DNA of 54,752 bases, the filler included, from Bipalium vagum (taxonomy: Eukaryota): assembly GCA_037834085.1 (NCBI GenBank). It is 3 parts of 3 records of this genome, joined end to end, with 100 filler letters (N's around TTAATTAATTAA, not from the genome) between each part and the next. Parts side by side here need not be neighbours in the genome. Positions count along the whole stretch, not along the records: positions 15,673 to 32,565 come from JBBMKC010081253.1; positions 32,666 to 54,752 come from JBBMKC010227213.1; 1 more part is not named here. One strand, 5' to 3'. Under the pieces are notes generated by a model. It saw nothing but the letters and a program-made list of their open reading frames with translations, searched no databases and was not told the origin of the DNA. The position numbers and the translations under genes were made by a program. The first letter of the stretch is position 1, and the number at the start of each line of letters is the position of its first letter. Positions 27,055-40,649 of the stretch are shown piece after piece.

Positions 27055-30000
27055 TATTTAAGTAAAATATACATTTTTTATTTACCATTTAACAAGACAT
27101 GCTTAATTATTAGTAAACCATGTTTCCAAGGACAACCGTTTTCAGACCGCATGTAATCATGAAATAAAAGATCGAAATTTCAATGAAATGAAAAATAAAG
27201 CCGGCTTCCTTGAAAAAAATCAAAGCAGTTGTCAATATTAATAATCCATCAATTAAATCTTAAAAATTTCATTGAAAAAAATCAGTTCTTGAACTCGATT
27301 TTCCGAAGTCGCCATTTCGCAAAAATAGCAGACAGTTTTTCATGAATAAAATACACCCGTGAGTCTCCAACACGGAAAGCGAGAAAGAAGAAGAAAAGAT
27401 AAACATGGTGGCAAAGATACCAAACCGACCGAAGAAGAAGAAGAAGAAGAAAAAGATGGGGGAAAAAACAAGCTTCAATTGCATTTGTAGGTGGAGATTC
27501 GTAATACGTTGTTGTTTATTTTCCTAAAGCTCACAAATGGAAAATGTATTCCACACAATAATCAGTTTATTATTCATTAAATATTAATTGGAAACGTGAT
27601 TCTTTTCCGTAAAAAAGCTAATAAAATTTTTTTCAGTGTTATTCACCTATTTGTCCTTAAACCAGCTTAAAAATTCTTCAGCAAATTTCTTTTAATATCA
27701 ACTATTTTTAACAAGGCTATGGCATTCCATTATAAAATTCTGAATATGATTTGTCAAGCATTTTGGAATAATTCCTTTGACAAAAAAAAGAAGTCGAGAG
27801 AAAGAAGTATGCATTGCAAATATTTTATCCATCAGTTTAATATGATTTACATTAATTGACAGATTTCATATTTATTTTCTTATAAAATTTAGTTTCCATA
27901 TCTTATCAAAGTGATCAATCGCATAAATAATTACTACGATTATAACTCGACGATTTGCGGAGTTGTATTAATTTATCTACATTGGGAAAAAAACGTCAAG
28001 ACGGGAGATAAGCAAGGGGAAAAATGTAAGTGGCTGATGGTTGTCACTTGCATTTATCACGGGAAAATGATTAAACCACAAAAATTTATTGCTTGGTGTA
28101 GCTTATAGTTGTACTAATATGCGATTAAAAAATAACAAATATTTATACATTTTTTATGTGTTGGTAATATAGAAAATATTTTGCAATTTATTGAAATCTT
28201 CACAACAAATATTTAAAAAAAACGCGTAACATTAATTTTTTATTAAGTAAATATTTCTCATATTTGGAAAATAGTGCAGTGTTTGAGGTTAACTGGAATT
28301 TATAAAAGAAAAATAAAACTCTTTCTGTGTTTCTTTCTATTGGCAATATAAATTAAGTGGTTTTTTTTTCGTCAAATATTATAACATATGTTTGGATCAT
28401 TAAAAATGATTACTTGTTGTTGAAATAAATCGTTACCAATAGCAACGTGGAGAATAAAATTTTAACTTGATAATATTTTTTTTTCGAATGTTTTAATCAC
28501 CAATTATTTTTCAATACATAAAACAGGATTGCTGAATATTAACAAAATATATATGTATTTTTAAAAAAAGGAAATATGGATACAAACATTAATTTAATGT
28601 GTTGGAGAGAACATGAATTTTTATTCTGAAATTTCAAAATTATGAATTTTTAAATAAAGATTTTTTTCTTTCACGAACATTTATCTTGAACAATTAAATG
28701 TTAATGGTACTTAGTGTCAGCAATTATCAATTATTAAGATACAACAATAAATACATTCTCAAATTAATATTTGAAATTGACATGATATTTTTGATTCATA
28801 TAAACAACATGATTAATGAATTTCTGCTATCGTTAACAAATATTGAAAATGTTGTTTTACATTTTGTATTTACTACTCGTACAGAAATGTATTTATTTTA
28901 CATTTATAAATTGAAAACAGACATTTAAAGTGCTAATGAAAATCACGTGTAATTTATTATTTTACAAATATGAATAATCATTTTAATAACAAATTTCACA
29001 AATTATAATTTATTTTTGTTTATTAATTAATTTAAATTCTGTACTATGGTAGTACATTTTAATGTTATACATTTTTTTCTTATTAAATTTTAAATTAATT
29101 TTTTACTAAGATTTTATGGTTGGCAAAAAATATTTTAATTTTAATTTTTACTAAGATCAATAACATATCTTAATAATCTAAACAAAACCTTTTAGACTAT
29201 TAATTAAAATACTCTTAATGTAATTTTTTTAATTATTTTAATTTTCCCTAAGTTTTAAAGTGAAAAAAATAATTAGTTGATATTAAATTTTAATTGAGAT
29301 TTTTAATTAAGAAAAATTTTCAAAGAATTTCTATTTTTAATTATTAAGAAAGACATTATTTTACATATTTTATGTTATTTATTAAAACAATTTAGTTTTT
29401 ATCCTTGAGCTTAATAAAAAAATACGTTTCCATTTTCATCATATTTCAATGGTAAACAACATTTAGTATTCCTGAATTTTCATTGTCTAACTAAGATGAG
29501 ATAATAAAAAAATTTCATCTATATTAAAAAAGATTTTTCTGTTTTTAGTCCAACAGAAACAACAATTTTTTAACTATCACTACCATTAACTTAGACTAAT
29601 AGTTAATTTTTCTGTATCCTTGGTATATTTTTGTTTTGTGTTCAAGTTCTTAGGTTTATTGCATTCGTACAACAAAATTCGTCGAATATCGTCCTTCGGT
29701 ATTTCATTTCAAGTACTCTATAAAACAATAACGAATATAAAAATATTATATCTTACTTATATTGTAGGCAAGATCGATAATAGTCTAAGATCATCATTTT
29801 TTATCTCCCTTTTTAACATCTTCTAATTAAGCGCACAAAAAAGATTAATATTTAAGACAATAAACTAAAAAATTATTTAAAACCCGAACAGTAAATACAC
29901 TACCGTCCCTAAGTTTAATCGCACTTAATAAAATAGCTATTTTATAATGAAATGATTGCATTCTAAGATTTTTTTTTGTAAGATAACAATAAAAGAAATA

Positions 30001-32565
30001 GATAATTTTAAAACACTTTATTTAATTTTTTATAAAAATTAACACGCGGAAAACATGACATTAATTATAACATTAATTATTTGATACGACTTTATTGCAA
30101 AATCAATAAATTATTACGCAGTATGTTAACACGGGTTACGCTCAGATCTAGAGCGACCTATGTGTTTATCGGGCAACAGTTATGAGTCTGGGTAGATGGC
30201 GAGAATATATATTGTTTTTTAAACATTTCTTTAGTATTTTTTTCTTCTTCAAAACATGTATATTATTCATACTCATCGATTTAGCATTTCAAACTGATTT
30301 TGTATTTAGAATTTTTATGTCTGAAGGTTTAAAACGATCATGAAAAACCAGATATAACTATATATAAATAGTCATTTATAGATCTGTGTGATTCGATCGA
30401 ATAGAAATGGTAGACTTACATTTTTTGATTTTACGAACACAATTATAAGATTTTAGAGTCATATCTTAAGTATCCTCGTTTACCAAACATAATATTATCA
30501 TAATAATATCTTCGTATAATATCCATTCTTATTATAATTCTTTTAAAAATATTACATAAAAATAAATTTTTTTTAATAATCTTAAATAACTTTTGAATTT
30601 TCAGATTTTTTAAAGATTTAAAACCACAATATTTAATAACCTTTAAAGAGAACGATTTGTCTGTCCTAAATCTTGTAGATGACACTGAATTCCATTGTGA
30701 CGAGCAAATAATTAAAGTTCAAATAAATCTCATTTTAAACAAATACTTAATAATTTTCGTTATTATAATAATCAGCCAGTAAATCCAGTCTTATTAAAAC
30801 ATATTTTCACAATAATTATAAATAGCTATCCAATTTTTTGTGGATTTTGTTTGGATTTTGAATAAAATGTTTTGGTAACTCTAATTAGGTAAAAAGCAAA
30901 TCCTGTAAATATAAACAAAAGAAAAATGCAATTTGACTTAATAAACAAAAATTTATTTTTGATATACTTCCAAATGTACTTTGTCGTTGGGATCAAATGG
31001 AAGTCGCAATTAAATGTGCAAATGATTACATTTTTCAAAAATTGAAGATCTCCAAATACCTCAAAATTCCCAAACCCGATGCACTTTACAATAATGATGT
31101 CATCGTAGAAATTCCGCATTGCTTGAAGCAATTATTTCTACAACTGTCAATAGCGATGATTGGCGCTTCTGGAAACTATTCAAGGAATTCAAGACACATG
31201 ACTCGTAGTAGAGAATAACAATTAATAATTACCAACATAATTCTTCCTGGAATGCCAGTTTTAGATACCTCCGGCCCGATTTATAAATAGTCGACCAAAT
31301 CCCAACTTTTATGTGTACATTGCATTTTTATTGAAATTAACAGTTAAGGAATTCTGTATTGTAAAGTGTTACTACATTCTTTTTAATTTAATTATTTGTC
31401 ATAAACCAATTCATTAATGTTATTATTGCTTTCTTTAAATCTGACATTTGCATTCCGTTAACAGGAAGAATGTTTGTACTATTTATTTTTATTATTATCA
31501 TATTGTTTTTCACAGGTAAATAATTCAACGTTCAATTATTAATCAAAGGCGAATGGAGCAATTTTTATGTGAATAATATTGCTGAGATTTTATTTCTTGT
31601 GAGATTTTGTATTTGATTGATTCCTACAAAGCCATGAATCTTAGAACAACATTGATTTGATTCTTAAAATGCCAAGGATACCATATTAAATAATAATGAA
31701 ATTATCTTAATGCATTTTCCCAAATGTTCGGAAAATTCGGCTCGTTGGTAATTGAAAAAAAAACCCATCAAATATTTTTTCGCTTTTTTCCCGGTGTGAA
31801 ATTAAATCAAACTTTATTTTTACATAACTACATAAAAAGGGAAAATATTTTTCAGATGAGAATTTTATAAATTCTAAATGTGATGGTTAATTTTCTCTGA
31901 ATTGGAATCATGTAGTTCATTAATATACTTTAATCTTTTCAAATACGGTAACAACATGTACTGATAATTACACCTACCAACATTTCTTATACTTTTACCA
32001 GTTTGTTTACCAACCAGTGAACTCTTCACATTGGAATAGGAGAAACTAATTTCCAGAGAGTTTACTTAATCTTGACTTATTTTACTAAAAAAACTTGATT
32101 CTTTGGAACCATATCTATCGTTGTATACAACCTAATAAACAGGATCACTGATGTACTTGATATAACAGTAATCATCACTGATAGTTTTTTTTATTTTTCC
32201 CTCGTGTGCAGTTATTCAAAATTATCTAAATATTTATCTCAAAAATTCCATTATTCTTTTTGATAGATCATACTTAATGATAAGAAAAATGTAAAAAATA
32301 TTTAAGAATTACAAAAAATTTATTTTATTATAAAAATTAATCTGAAATAAAATAAATTTATTTGTTGAAAAAAAAATTATTTACGAATTAAAAATATTTT
32401 AATAATTTAAAAAGAAGTTGAAAAAATTTAAATAAATTAATATTTTTAATGAAATAATTATATTGTTATATTTTTAAAATAATTATTGTTTCTTAAGAAT
32501 CAATTAAAATCAATAATATCCATTATATTAAAAATCGTTAATAATAATTAATGAAAAATTAATTA

Positions 32566-32665
32566 NNNNNNNNNNNNNNNNNNNNNNNNNNNNNNNNNNN
32601 NNNNNNNNNTTAATTAATTAANNNNNNNNNNNNNNNNNNNNNNNNNNNNNNNNNNNNNNNNNNNN
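32566..32665. other. Artificial 100-bp scaffolding spacer (44 N + TTAATTAATTAA + 44 N)
   Basis: Same architecture as 15573..15672. Confidence 0.92.
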
Positions 32666-33064
32666 AATAATATAATAATATAATAATATAATAATATAAT
32701 AATAATATAATAATATAATAATATAATTAATAAAATTTTTCATAAGTTTTGCACTTTAGTGAATTGGTGCTCTTTGTCCTTCTAATGTCTCTGTAAAATC
32801 TCCCATCATCTGACAATAATTGCCTTACAAAGGTGAGTTTGACGAAGGAACAAAAATATCAAATCGAAATCCTAAGAAGGAAGAAATTGAGCTGTTCAAT
32901 GAGTGAACATTAACCATACTTTAGTGATCTGCAAAATCATTTTTATGTATTGATTATTTATTATCAATAATCAATTATTTATGTATTGAATAAAAAATAT
33001 TCTTACATAATTATGCGTACATGTTATTTACTTTGAAAATTTTTATAGACTCTGTAATAAAGTC

Positions 33065-33065
<1 letters not shown>

Positions 33066-33109
<44 letters not shown>

Positions 33110-33110
33110 T
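33066..33110. repeat. (AAT)n microsatellite
   Basis: Perfect AAT run. Confidence 0.9.
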
Positions 33111-33215
33111 TTAATAAAATTAATGAAACAGTTAATAAATCATAATAATTCAAGTTACTATTAATAAATAATAAATATAAAAAAATAGACTTTGTTATTG
33201 ATAAATGGGTTGTAA

Positions 33216-33800
33216 TAATGAGTTGTTCGGAAAGTCACTTCGCATTTTTTATCAAAAAGTAAAACCAAAAGTTGTATTAGTAATATATATTTTAATCAAT
33301 GATGTATTGTCCTTTTTGTTTCAAAACCTTCTGCCATCTACCAGGCAATTTGAATATCCCAACCTTTAAAATTACTTAAGTGCTTTAAATTAAGATTTGC
33401 GAAGTGACTTAATTTTATTTAATTTTAAAAACATTTAACATTTGTTATAATTGAAAAATTCAAGTCCTACAAATGAGGACTGATCAGTGATGAGGCATGT
33501 GAAAAAAGAACGATCTACGGTGAAATTCTTAATTTTAAGAATACAAGTCACCACAGTGTAAGTCTGTCAAACGGTTGCTGCCAAATCCGGGACTTTGACC
33601 ACTCCAATTATCGTAGATACTTTGTGAAGTTCGTGCTTTACTATCCGTGAACCAATTAAATTTGGTTTTCCTTTTCAGCTTTCTTGTTATTCTGCTAAAA
33701 TAAATTATTCCTGTTGGAGAATAGTCTCACCTGATGACTTCTGTAGATTTCATGAAATCTAAAAGATTTCTACTAATTCTAACTAATTAATAAAATAATA
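33216..33800 (-). mobile_element. Mariner 3' remnant with one TIR
   Basis: TIR-like taatgagttgttcggaaagtcacttcgcatttttt. Minus-strand GIFKLPGRWQKVLKQKGQYIID* and a (S)PDLAA-like fragment are present. Confidence 0.72.
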
Positions 33801-36800
33801 ATCAGAGTCTGGAGGTAAAATGTAAACTGCGTAAATCAATGTATGGTTGTTGATAAACATATTTTCAAAAGGCAATATTCGTGTTATCTATTGAAGTCAT
33901 TTGTGTTCTTTTTTAAATCTCAGAGCAACCCTTTGTAATTCTAAATATCTTAACATTTCAAGTTGAAAATGTTTATCTTTTATTTTCAATAAAACATTCG
34001 AATGAGTGACCCAGAACAGCATAAATAAATTGTTCAAGTTGATCCTGAATGTCCAAAAGCTTCACAAATCACATTTTTCAAAATTCCATGGCTTACGAAA
34101 CGACCTTAGTAACAGATTCACAAAATTTGGTCTGTTTCTTCATTAACATTCAAATCTTTTAAAGAATTTCTGCAAAAGAATTTTATTTGAAGGATTTTGA
34201 AAAGATCGTACATTTGTTAGGTTATTTTTAATTCTTACTTTTGTTTATAAATATTATATTCATTTATTTATTATTACATAATTTCAAAATATGTCCTAAG
34301 CAAAAGTGAATAAATATTTATCTATTTCATTCTATTTATTTTTTTCTATTGGATTTCAAAAAACACCCTGAGGAATTTTATTCTTCAGTGAAAATTAACT
34401 TTTAATATTAAATTAATTAATTAATTAATTATCAAATTGAAAGGCTCTAAAGATGCTGCTGTTTTCTTTGATTGTCTTTTTATTTATGGTTTTTCAAAAT
34501 ATTATTTATTATTATATTTTGTAAAATTAATTTAAATGTTAAATTGACATCAAATTATTGTTGACCTTTTATTTCACAAATTAAACTCAGCAAATCCTTT
34601 TTATTTTTTTCGTACTTTTCACCAATCACGGGTACCAGGCTTTTGAAAGTTTAATTATAACTATAATTATTATTAATTATAATTATAATTAATCATGTAA
34701 TTAGACAAAAAATCAATGTTTTTCGAAATTATAATGAGTACTGGATTTCTTATTGGTATGAAATGATCAAAGAATAAGAAAAGAACATGAAAGAGGTCAA
34801 GTTTCATAATGCAGTCTCAGAAAATCCCTTAATTACAGTACATTTCAAAATAAATAAATGATAAAGAAGAAATATATCAAATAAAATAATAAGAAATGAT
34901 GTTTATGAAGGTCCTTATTATTAATAATAAATTCAATTTAATTAACCTTTTTATTTAAATAATTTTTGAGATAATTTTGAAATATTTATAAAATATTCAT
35001 CTTAAGAATCTCCCGAAAAGGTACTAACCTCGGAAATACCAGCTATGTTCATACTCACGCCTTGATCTCTCCTATTTGCATTATCTTCGTTTGATTTCTC
35101 AGTCGAACCAACTTGGTTGGAGTACCCCTTACCCATAGGGCCATGTACTCTGCCAACACTATCAATATCTAAATTTTATTGAGACATTCAAATGGGAACA
35201 AACATATCAATATAAAAATTATTATTTTAAAAAAATTATTTTATTTATATCTATTGATTTTGTAAAATCGAATTTTATAAATGCTGAAATTCTGAGCCAC
35301 AAAATTATTCCTATTTATAAAAAATAACTTACTTTTTTTTAATATTTATTATTTTTAGATGATATCAAAAATTCTTAAATGCGCTTTATGTTTTACAATA
35401 TTTGAACTGTCCAATCATGATCATCCTATCTTATTATTATTCTCAGAGATGGATCTATGGATTTGATAGAAATGCCAAAATTTATACACTTTAGAGAACA
35501 GATTGAATATTTAGAAAAAAAAATAAAAAAATATTGTCCTTCTTTGATTCTCATCAATGTGGGAACAGTAAATAAATTTTTTCACTCGACATGTCTTGAA
35601 AAAATGTAAATATTCTAGATATGTTAAGGTGTTCAGGGGATCTCTTTGGTGAGACGTATAATTATTGTCAATAATTATGTCACAATTTGAAATTGAAATC
35701 CATTGTTGATCAAACACGTTACAGAAATACCACAATTGTAATCAGAATTCATGACCTACGTCAACAAATATTTTAAATAGAAATAATACAGTGATAAATT
35801 TAGAAAGAAATTTGATTATTTCTTTCAAGAATTTGGTCTGACATTAAAAGAAAATTCTGAAAATCGTTTTTGATAGCAAAAGTCAAATTTGAATTTTTAA
35901 ATTCTTTTTATTAAATTCTTTTTATAACAATAATAAAAAATTAAATTGTATTTTGAATTTATAATAATAAAATAATGTTTATTGTTAAAATGAAGAAGTA
36001 AATATAAATAAGATAAAATACTTTCAATTGATTTTTTCAACTATAAAAAGTTTTTTTGAAGAAAACATTGATTTTGTTTTAATTCAATTATAAAATGTAT
36101 GAATGAGTAAAAAAAACCATTAAAAAATTAAAAGCTTTTAAAATAATTTATTTCAGGCTCANNNNNNNNNNNNNNNNNNNNNNNNNNNNNNNNNNNNNNN
36201 NNNNNNNNNNNNNNNNNNNNNNNNNNNNNNNNNNNNNNNNNNNNNNNNNNNNNNNNNNNNNNNNNNNNNNNNNNNNNNNNNNNNNNNNNNNNNNNNNNNN
36301 NNNNNNNNNNNNNNNNNNNNNNNNNNNNNNNNNNNNNNNNNNNNNNNNNNNNNNTAAATTAATAACTGCCAAATGTATTCGTTAGAGTGTGGTGAGCCTA
36401 TTAGTGTTTTTTTAAAGAAATATTAATATAATAAAATACTTAAATACGTTTAAAAAAATGTAAAAACTTAAAATATAATTATTTTCCATTAAAACAAACA
36501 AGAATAAAGTTATTCTTAAAAATCACATATTTTTGACAATATCAAACTGTTTATTTATCTACAATTATAAATATATAATATAATAGAAAAGAAATAAAAT
36601 CTCTTAAATAAAGATTTAATTATTTTTATCGCATACCTTGTCTGAATTTGATATAATAATTGCGACATATGATATTATAATTAGAAAGGTAACCAAAACT
36701 TTTACAAAAAAATTCCATTATAATTTTAGAGAACCATGGTAAAAAAAACTGAAAGATTGATGAAAAATTTTTAATATCTTTTTTTAAAAGTTAGGCTATT

Positions 36801-38162
36801 ATATGATAAAATTATTTTTATTATTATTCTTGTTGTGAATTTTATACTTTTCTGATTTTTAGTGAAATGGTTATCAATAAATTTCGAAATAGAAAATATT
36901 TTTTACAAAAATTCCCCACCTGAACTACTTCCCCTCATCTTAAGATAAACTGATGTAAATCTCTTTATTTAACTTGGAAAATTGCTTTGTATATATTGTC
37001 TATCATTTCCCTACCGTTAGAAATCTTCAATAAAATCAGCATTAATGTATCTTCCTTACGATTACAGTCTTTGATACAGAATATTGAAACAGCTGATATT
37101 GTACGCAAAACATAAAGCATGTCATAAAAAACTTAATAAAAAATTCTGTTTGTAGAAAAAAACTTTTTAATTTTATTTATTTTTTTTAAATTTAAAGTAA
37201 TATTGAAAGTAATTAAATTTATTAAAGTTATTATAATATTATTATCTTTTTTAATATCTTCGTAAGTATTATTTTCTTTAGAATATAATATTATTACTAT
37301 TATTAAATATTATTCTTGTTTATTTTATTATCATCGTGTTCCATATTACTATTACTAACTTTATATTTTTATTCTTGTTTCACTTTTATTGTTTTTAAAA
37401 TTAAATTAAATTTTTGTTTAAATTATACTACAGTATTTTAAAAAATAAAATAAAAAATTTTAAAAAATAAAATATTTATACTTACAAAAAACAGCGTCGT
37501 TTTTATGTCGAAACCAAAGGTTGACGTCCATCCGATTTCCGGATTTGTCACAAATTGTTCCGCCGAGTTTGGTTATTTCCTTGTTCTGGTGAGACTTCTT
37601 TTCAATTACAATCATTTCCAGTTGGTAAAATATAACAATCAAACAAAATATAATGAAATCAATTTATCCTTTGTCCGTGAAAACCGAAATCCGTTTCAAA
37701 AATGAAAAATCTATCCTTAGAGAGTAAAGAAGTCTATTAATTTTTATTTAATGCATGAAAACACAAATAAATATTTTATATGCTTACCGATGGTTACTTA
37801 ATGCAAAACACACGCCCACTTACACAAAAGCACATATACACACATATTTTGCCCAATTCGGTCATGGCGTGTGTTATTGAATGTATGTGTGTGTATGTCT
37901 AATGTTATTGAATCTGTAAATGAATGCCTAATGTTGAATATTTTGCAGTCTATTTTTAGACGAAATAAAAAAAGCTAATTATAAAATCAGATTTTTTTTC
38001 ATCTTGTTAATATTTCGAAAATATTTTTCGTACTGGTTTTCAGTGATAAAATTAATTATTTCAATTTAAATGCTTTTTTAAAAATTGGACGCTATTTATC
38101 ATTTTACAAATTGGAAAAAGTAACATTTAGAAATGTGACGCAAAATTAATTAAAATTAAATA

Positions 38163-39032
38163 TTAGGTTTGTGCAAAAGAATTGCACTTTTTTACATTTG
38201 GTTTATAAACTGTTGGGACATACTTAATAATGCTTTACTAATTGAAATATAAGTCATTAGATTTTACATATTCTTTCAACTGAAAACAAGTTTATTTATT
38301 CTGAGGAATAAGAATCAATATTTCTGAAGGTCATCAAATGCGTTAAAGGTAATCTTAACATCAAATCGGTTTCTGAAAAATTTTTATCAGAAGGAAATCA
38401 GCCATTCTTGGAAAAAAATGATAGTCCTTATTCAATAAGGAATAAAGATTTTTAAAGATCCCATAACAAGATTTTACAACTTTTGCAATATTTTCAATTC
38501 ATTCGGTCTTGATTTGTCGTAAAGAAAGTTTGATCTTTTTCAGTTGACAATGCCGGACTTTGATGTTAAGATTTCTAGTACAAATCGTTGATTTACTGGA
38601 CGCATTTTTTTTACCTTAATTGTTTCATTTCTTCGTAGAAGCTGATAAAAGTCAGATCCCCTTGTGACCATCAAATCCTTAGCATTATCTACTTTACCGT
38701 ATAGCTATATCCAATTTAATTTTGATCCACTGTCGTATTTTTTATCTTTGAAATTTTTATTTCGACCCCAGAACCTATTGCAGGTGCTCTTATGCTTCAT
38801 TTGAACTATTGAAAAATATCAGTCTATTTTCCTTTTGGTTATCATGAATTTAAGAACCTAACCTATGTGTAAATATAAAGTAAACCAAACTTTAAAGAAT
38901 TTTTTTATATACACCCAAATAAAAGTTTCAATTTGTTTTTATTTATTCAATATTTAAAAATTGATATATTTAAACAATATTACAACAAAATTCGATAAAT
39001 ATAAAAACGTAATCGTTTTCGCAAAAATTTAA
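38163..39032 (-). mobile_element. Deleted mariner (DD34D, Hsmar1/cecropia-like TIRs)
   Basis: Left end ttaggtttgtgcaaaagaattgcac resembles the Hsmar1-type TIR TTAGGTTGGTGCAAAAGTAATTGC. A degenerate inverted copy lies at ~39003-39032. Internal FLYDKSRP (LHDNARP) and INKLV fragments. Confidence 0.72.
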
Positions 39033-39699
39033 TTAATAAATTTTTAATAAAAATACAACCTTACCTACATTCAAATAAAATCTCATTGTATCTGTTGTTT
39101 TAATTGAAGCTCCATTTTGCAATATGAAGAAAATGATTTATTCTAAATAATTCTAAAATAGTAAAAATAATTTCAAATTCCAAAATTATAAATTATAAAT
39201 GCAAATTGAAAAACATCCATTTGGACAATCCGGTGGCATCGTTTATATTTTGATATGAAATATGTCTAATAATATTATTTTTCGTGTGTAATCATTGTTA
39301 TTTTCAATGCATAATTAATTGATATTTTAAATATTTTCGATTTGTTTATTATTATTTTTTTATTGGCCAATTTTCTTGTTTAAAATAGTGTGAAAGTATT
39401 TTACCATACATTATTAAGTGAAGAAACAGTAAAAAAAATTAATAAACGCGTTTATATATCTTAAAACTGAAATTGAAAGTTTAACTATAAAAAATATTCA
39501 TTTCGGAAAATATTTATAAATAAATAATATAAATAAAAAAATTTTCATGTTTGAAACAATGATGTGGAATAAATATTGACTGAATCTTTTAACTCTATCG
39601 GATTAAAAACTATTAATTATATAAATTTTGCAGAATAATTTTCTGTCATTTTTTAATGTATTCCTTTTTATTATTTTTTATTTTTCAACAAAACGAAAT

Positions 39700-40070
39700 A
39701 ATTTTTTATTCAAAGTAATTTCCATTTATAACTTTGGTCCATTTATGTAGTCTATGAACACCGTCAAAAAATACTTCTTGCTTCAATACGATACACTCAT
39801 TAATCAAATTTTTGACATCCTTGAAATTGTTGACTTCAGAGAGATAATGTGCCATCGGTCTAAGCAAGTAATACAGCGGATTATAAGGACATCCCAATCA
39901 AGTACATCCAACTTCTCCTTTACCGGTTTTTGAAAAATGAGGCCGAGCGTTATCATGAAAAAAATGACTTTAGGTTTTTCATGTAAATATGGTCGTTTTT
40001 CTTTTAATGCACCACTTAACTTAAGCAATTGTTGCTGATTGTGGTCAACAGGATTATTATTATCTGATCA
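39700..40070 (-). mobile_element. Mariner DD34D C-terminal remnant
   Basis: ALKEKRP...KVIFFHDNARPH..KPVKEKL..LDWDVL and FFDGVHRL.KWTKVINGNYFE*. Confidence 0.85.
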
Positions 40071-40074
40071 GGTT

Positions 40075-40640
40075 GCAAGTATATCGTATATTAATACTTA
40101 CTGAGGCCTCACATCACTCTCACAGGAGACATCCGATAAAAATGACAGTTTGGGGAAAATTAGTGTGCATGATTCAAGGAGTATCGTTCACACTATGTGC
40201 AAACCATCTTTTTTTTATACTGGCAAAAGTTTTTTTCATCCAAAAGGAACCAGTGCTTCAGCAGCACGTTTTAATTTGTTCAGAAGTTTCTTCTCTATTT
40301 TCAGACGATCATCCATGACTTTTGAGTAAAAAATTGACGAATGCGACGCTTGTATGAATAGCAACGAAGGTTTTTGAGTGCAAGCTTTATAATTTACACG
40401 ACACAGCCCGAATTCCTTCTACACTATCTTTTGCAGATTATCCTTGAAATCAGCAACCTGAGCGCATTCGGATCGTTTGCTATGTTTCCCTTCTTGCTGT
40501 CACAGCCTCGTAGTCTCCACTGCACTTCTCAAGTTCATACCAAATTATTTTCATAGTGTTTAGAGAGCATTGAACATCAGTCATAATTTCCTTATTTTGA
40601 TAACCGGCTCAAATCATCATAATACAAGTGATTCTCTTCC
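40075..40640 (-). mobile_element. DD37D (maT-like) N-terminal/central transposase remnant
   Basis: Frameshifted fragments LRCYSYKRRIRQF, MDDRLKIEKKLLNKLK, DEK, RWFAHSVNDTP*IMHTNFPQTVIF and VSCESDV resemble DD37D transposases rather than the adjacent DD34D mariner. Confidence 0.6.
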
Positions 40641-40649
40641 ATGATTCAG

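Noticed and set aside
27269-27484. Poly-Phe/poly-Lys ORFs
   Set aside because: Produced by a (GAA)n tract; no homology and no consistent splice sites.
31968-32930. Exon-like segments with good splice-site look-alikes (~31970-32131 and ~32760-32930)
   Set aside because: All three frames contain stops, so they are not internal coding exons. A non-coding exon cannot be excluded but is unsupported.
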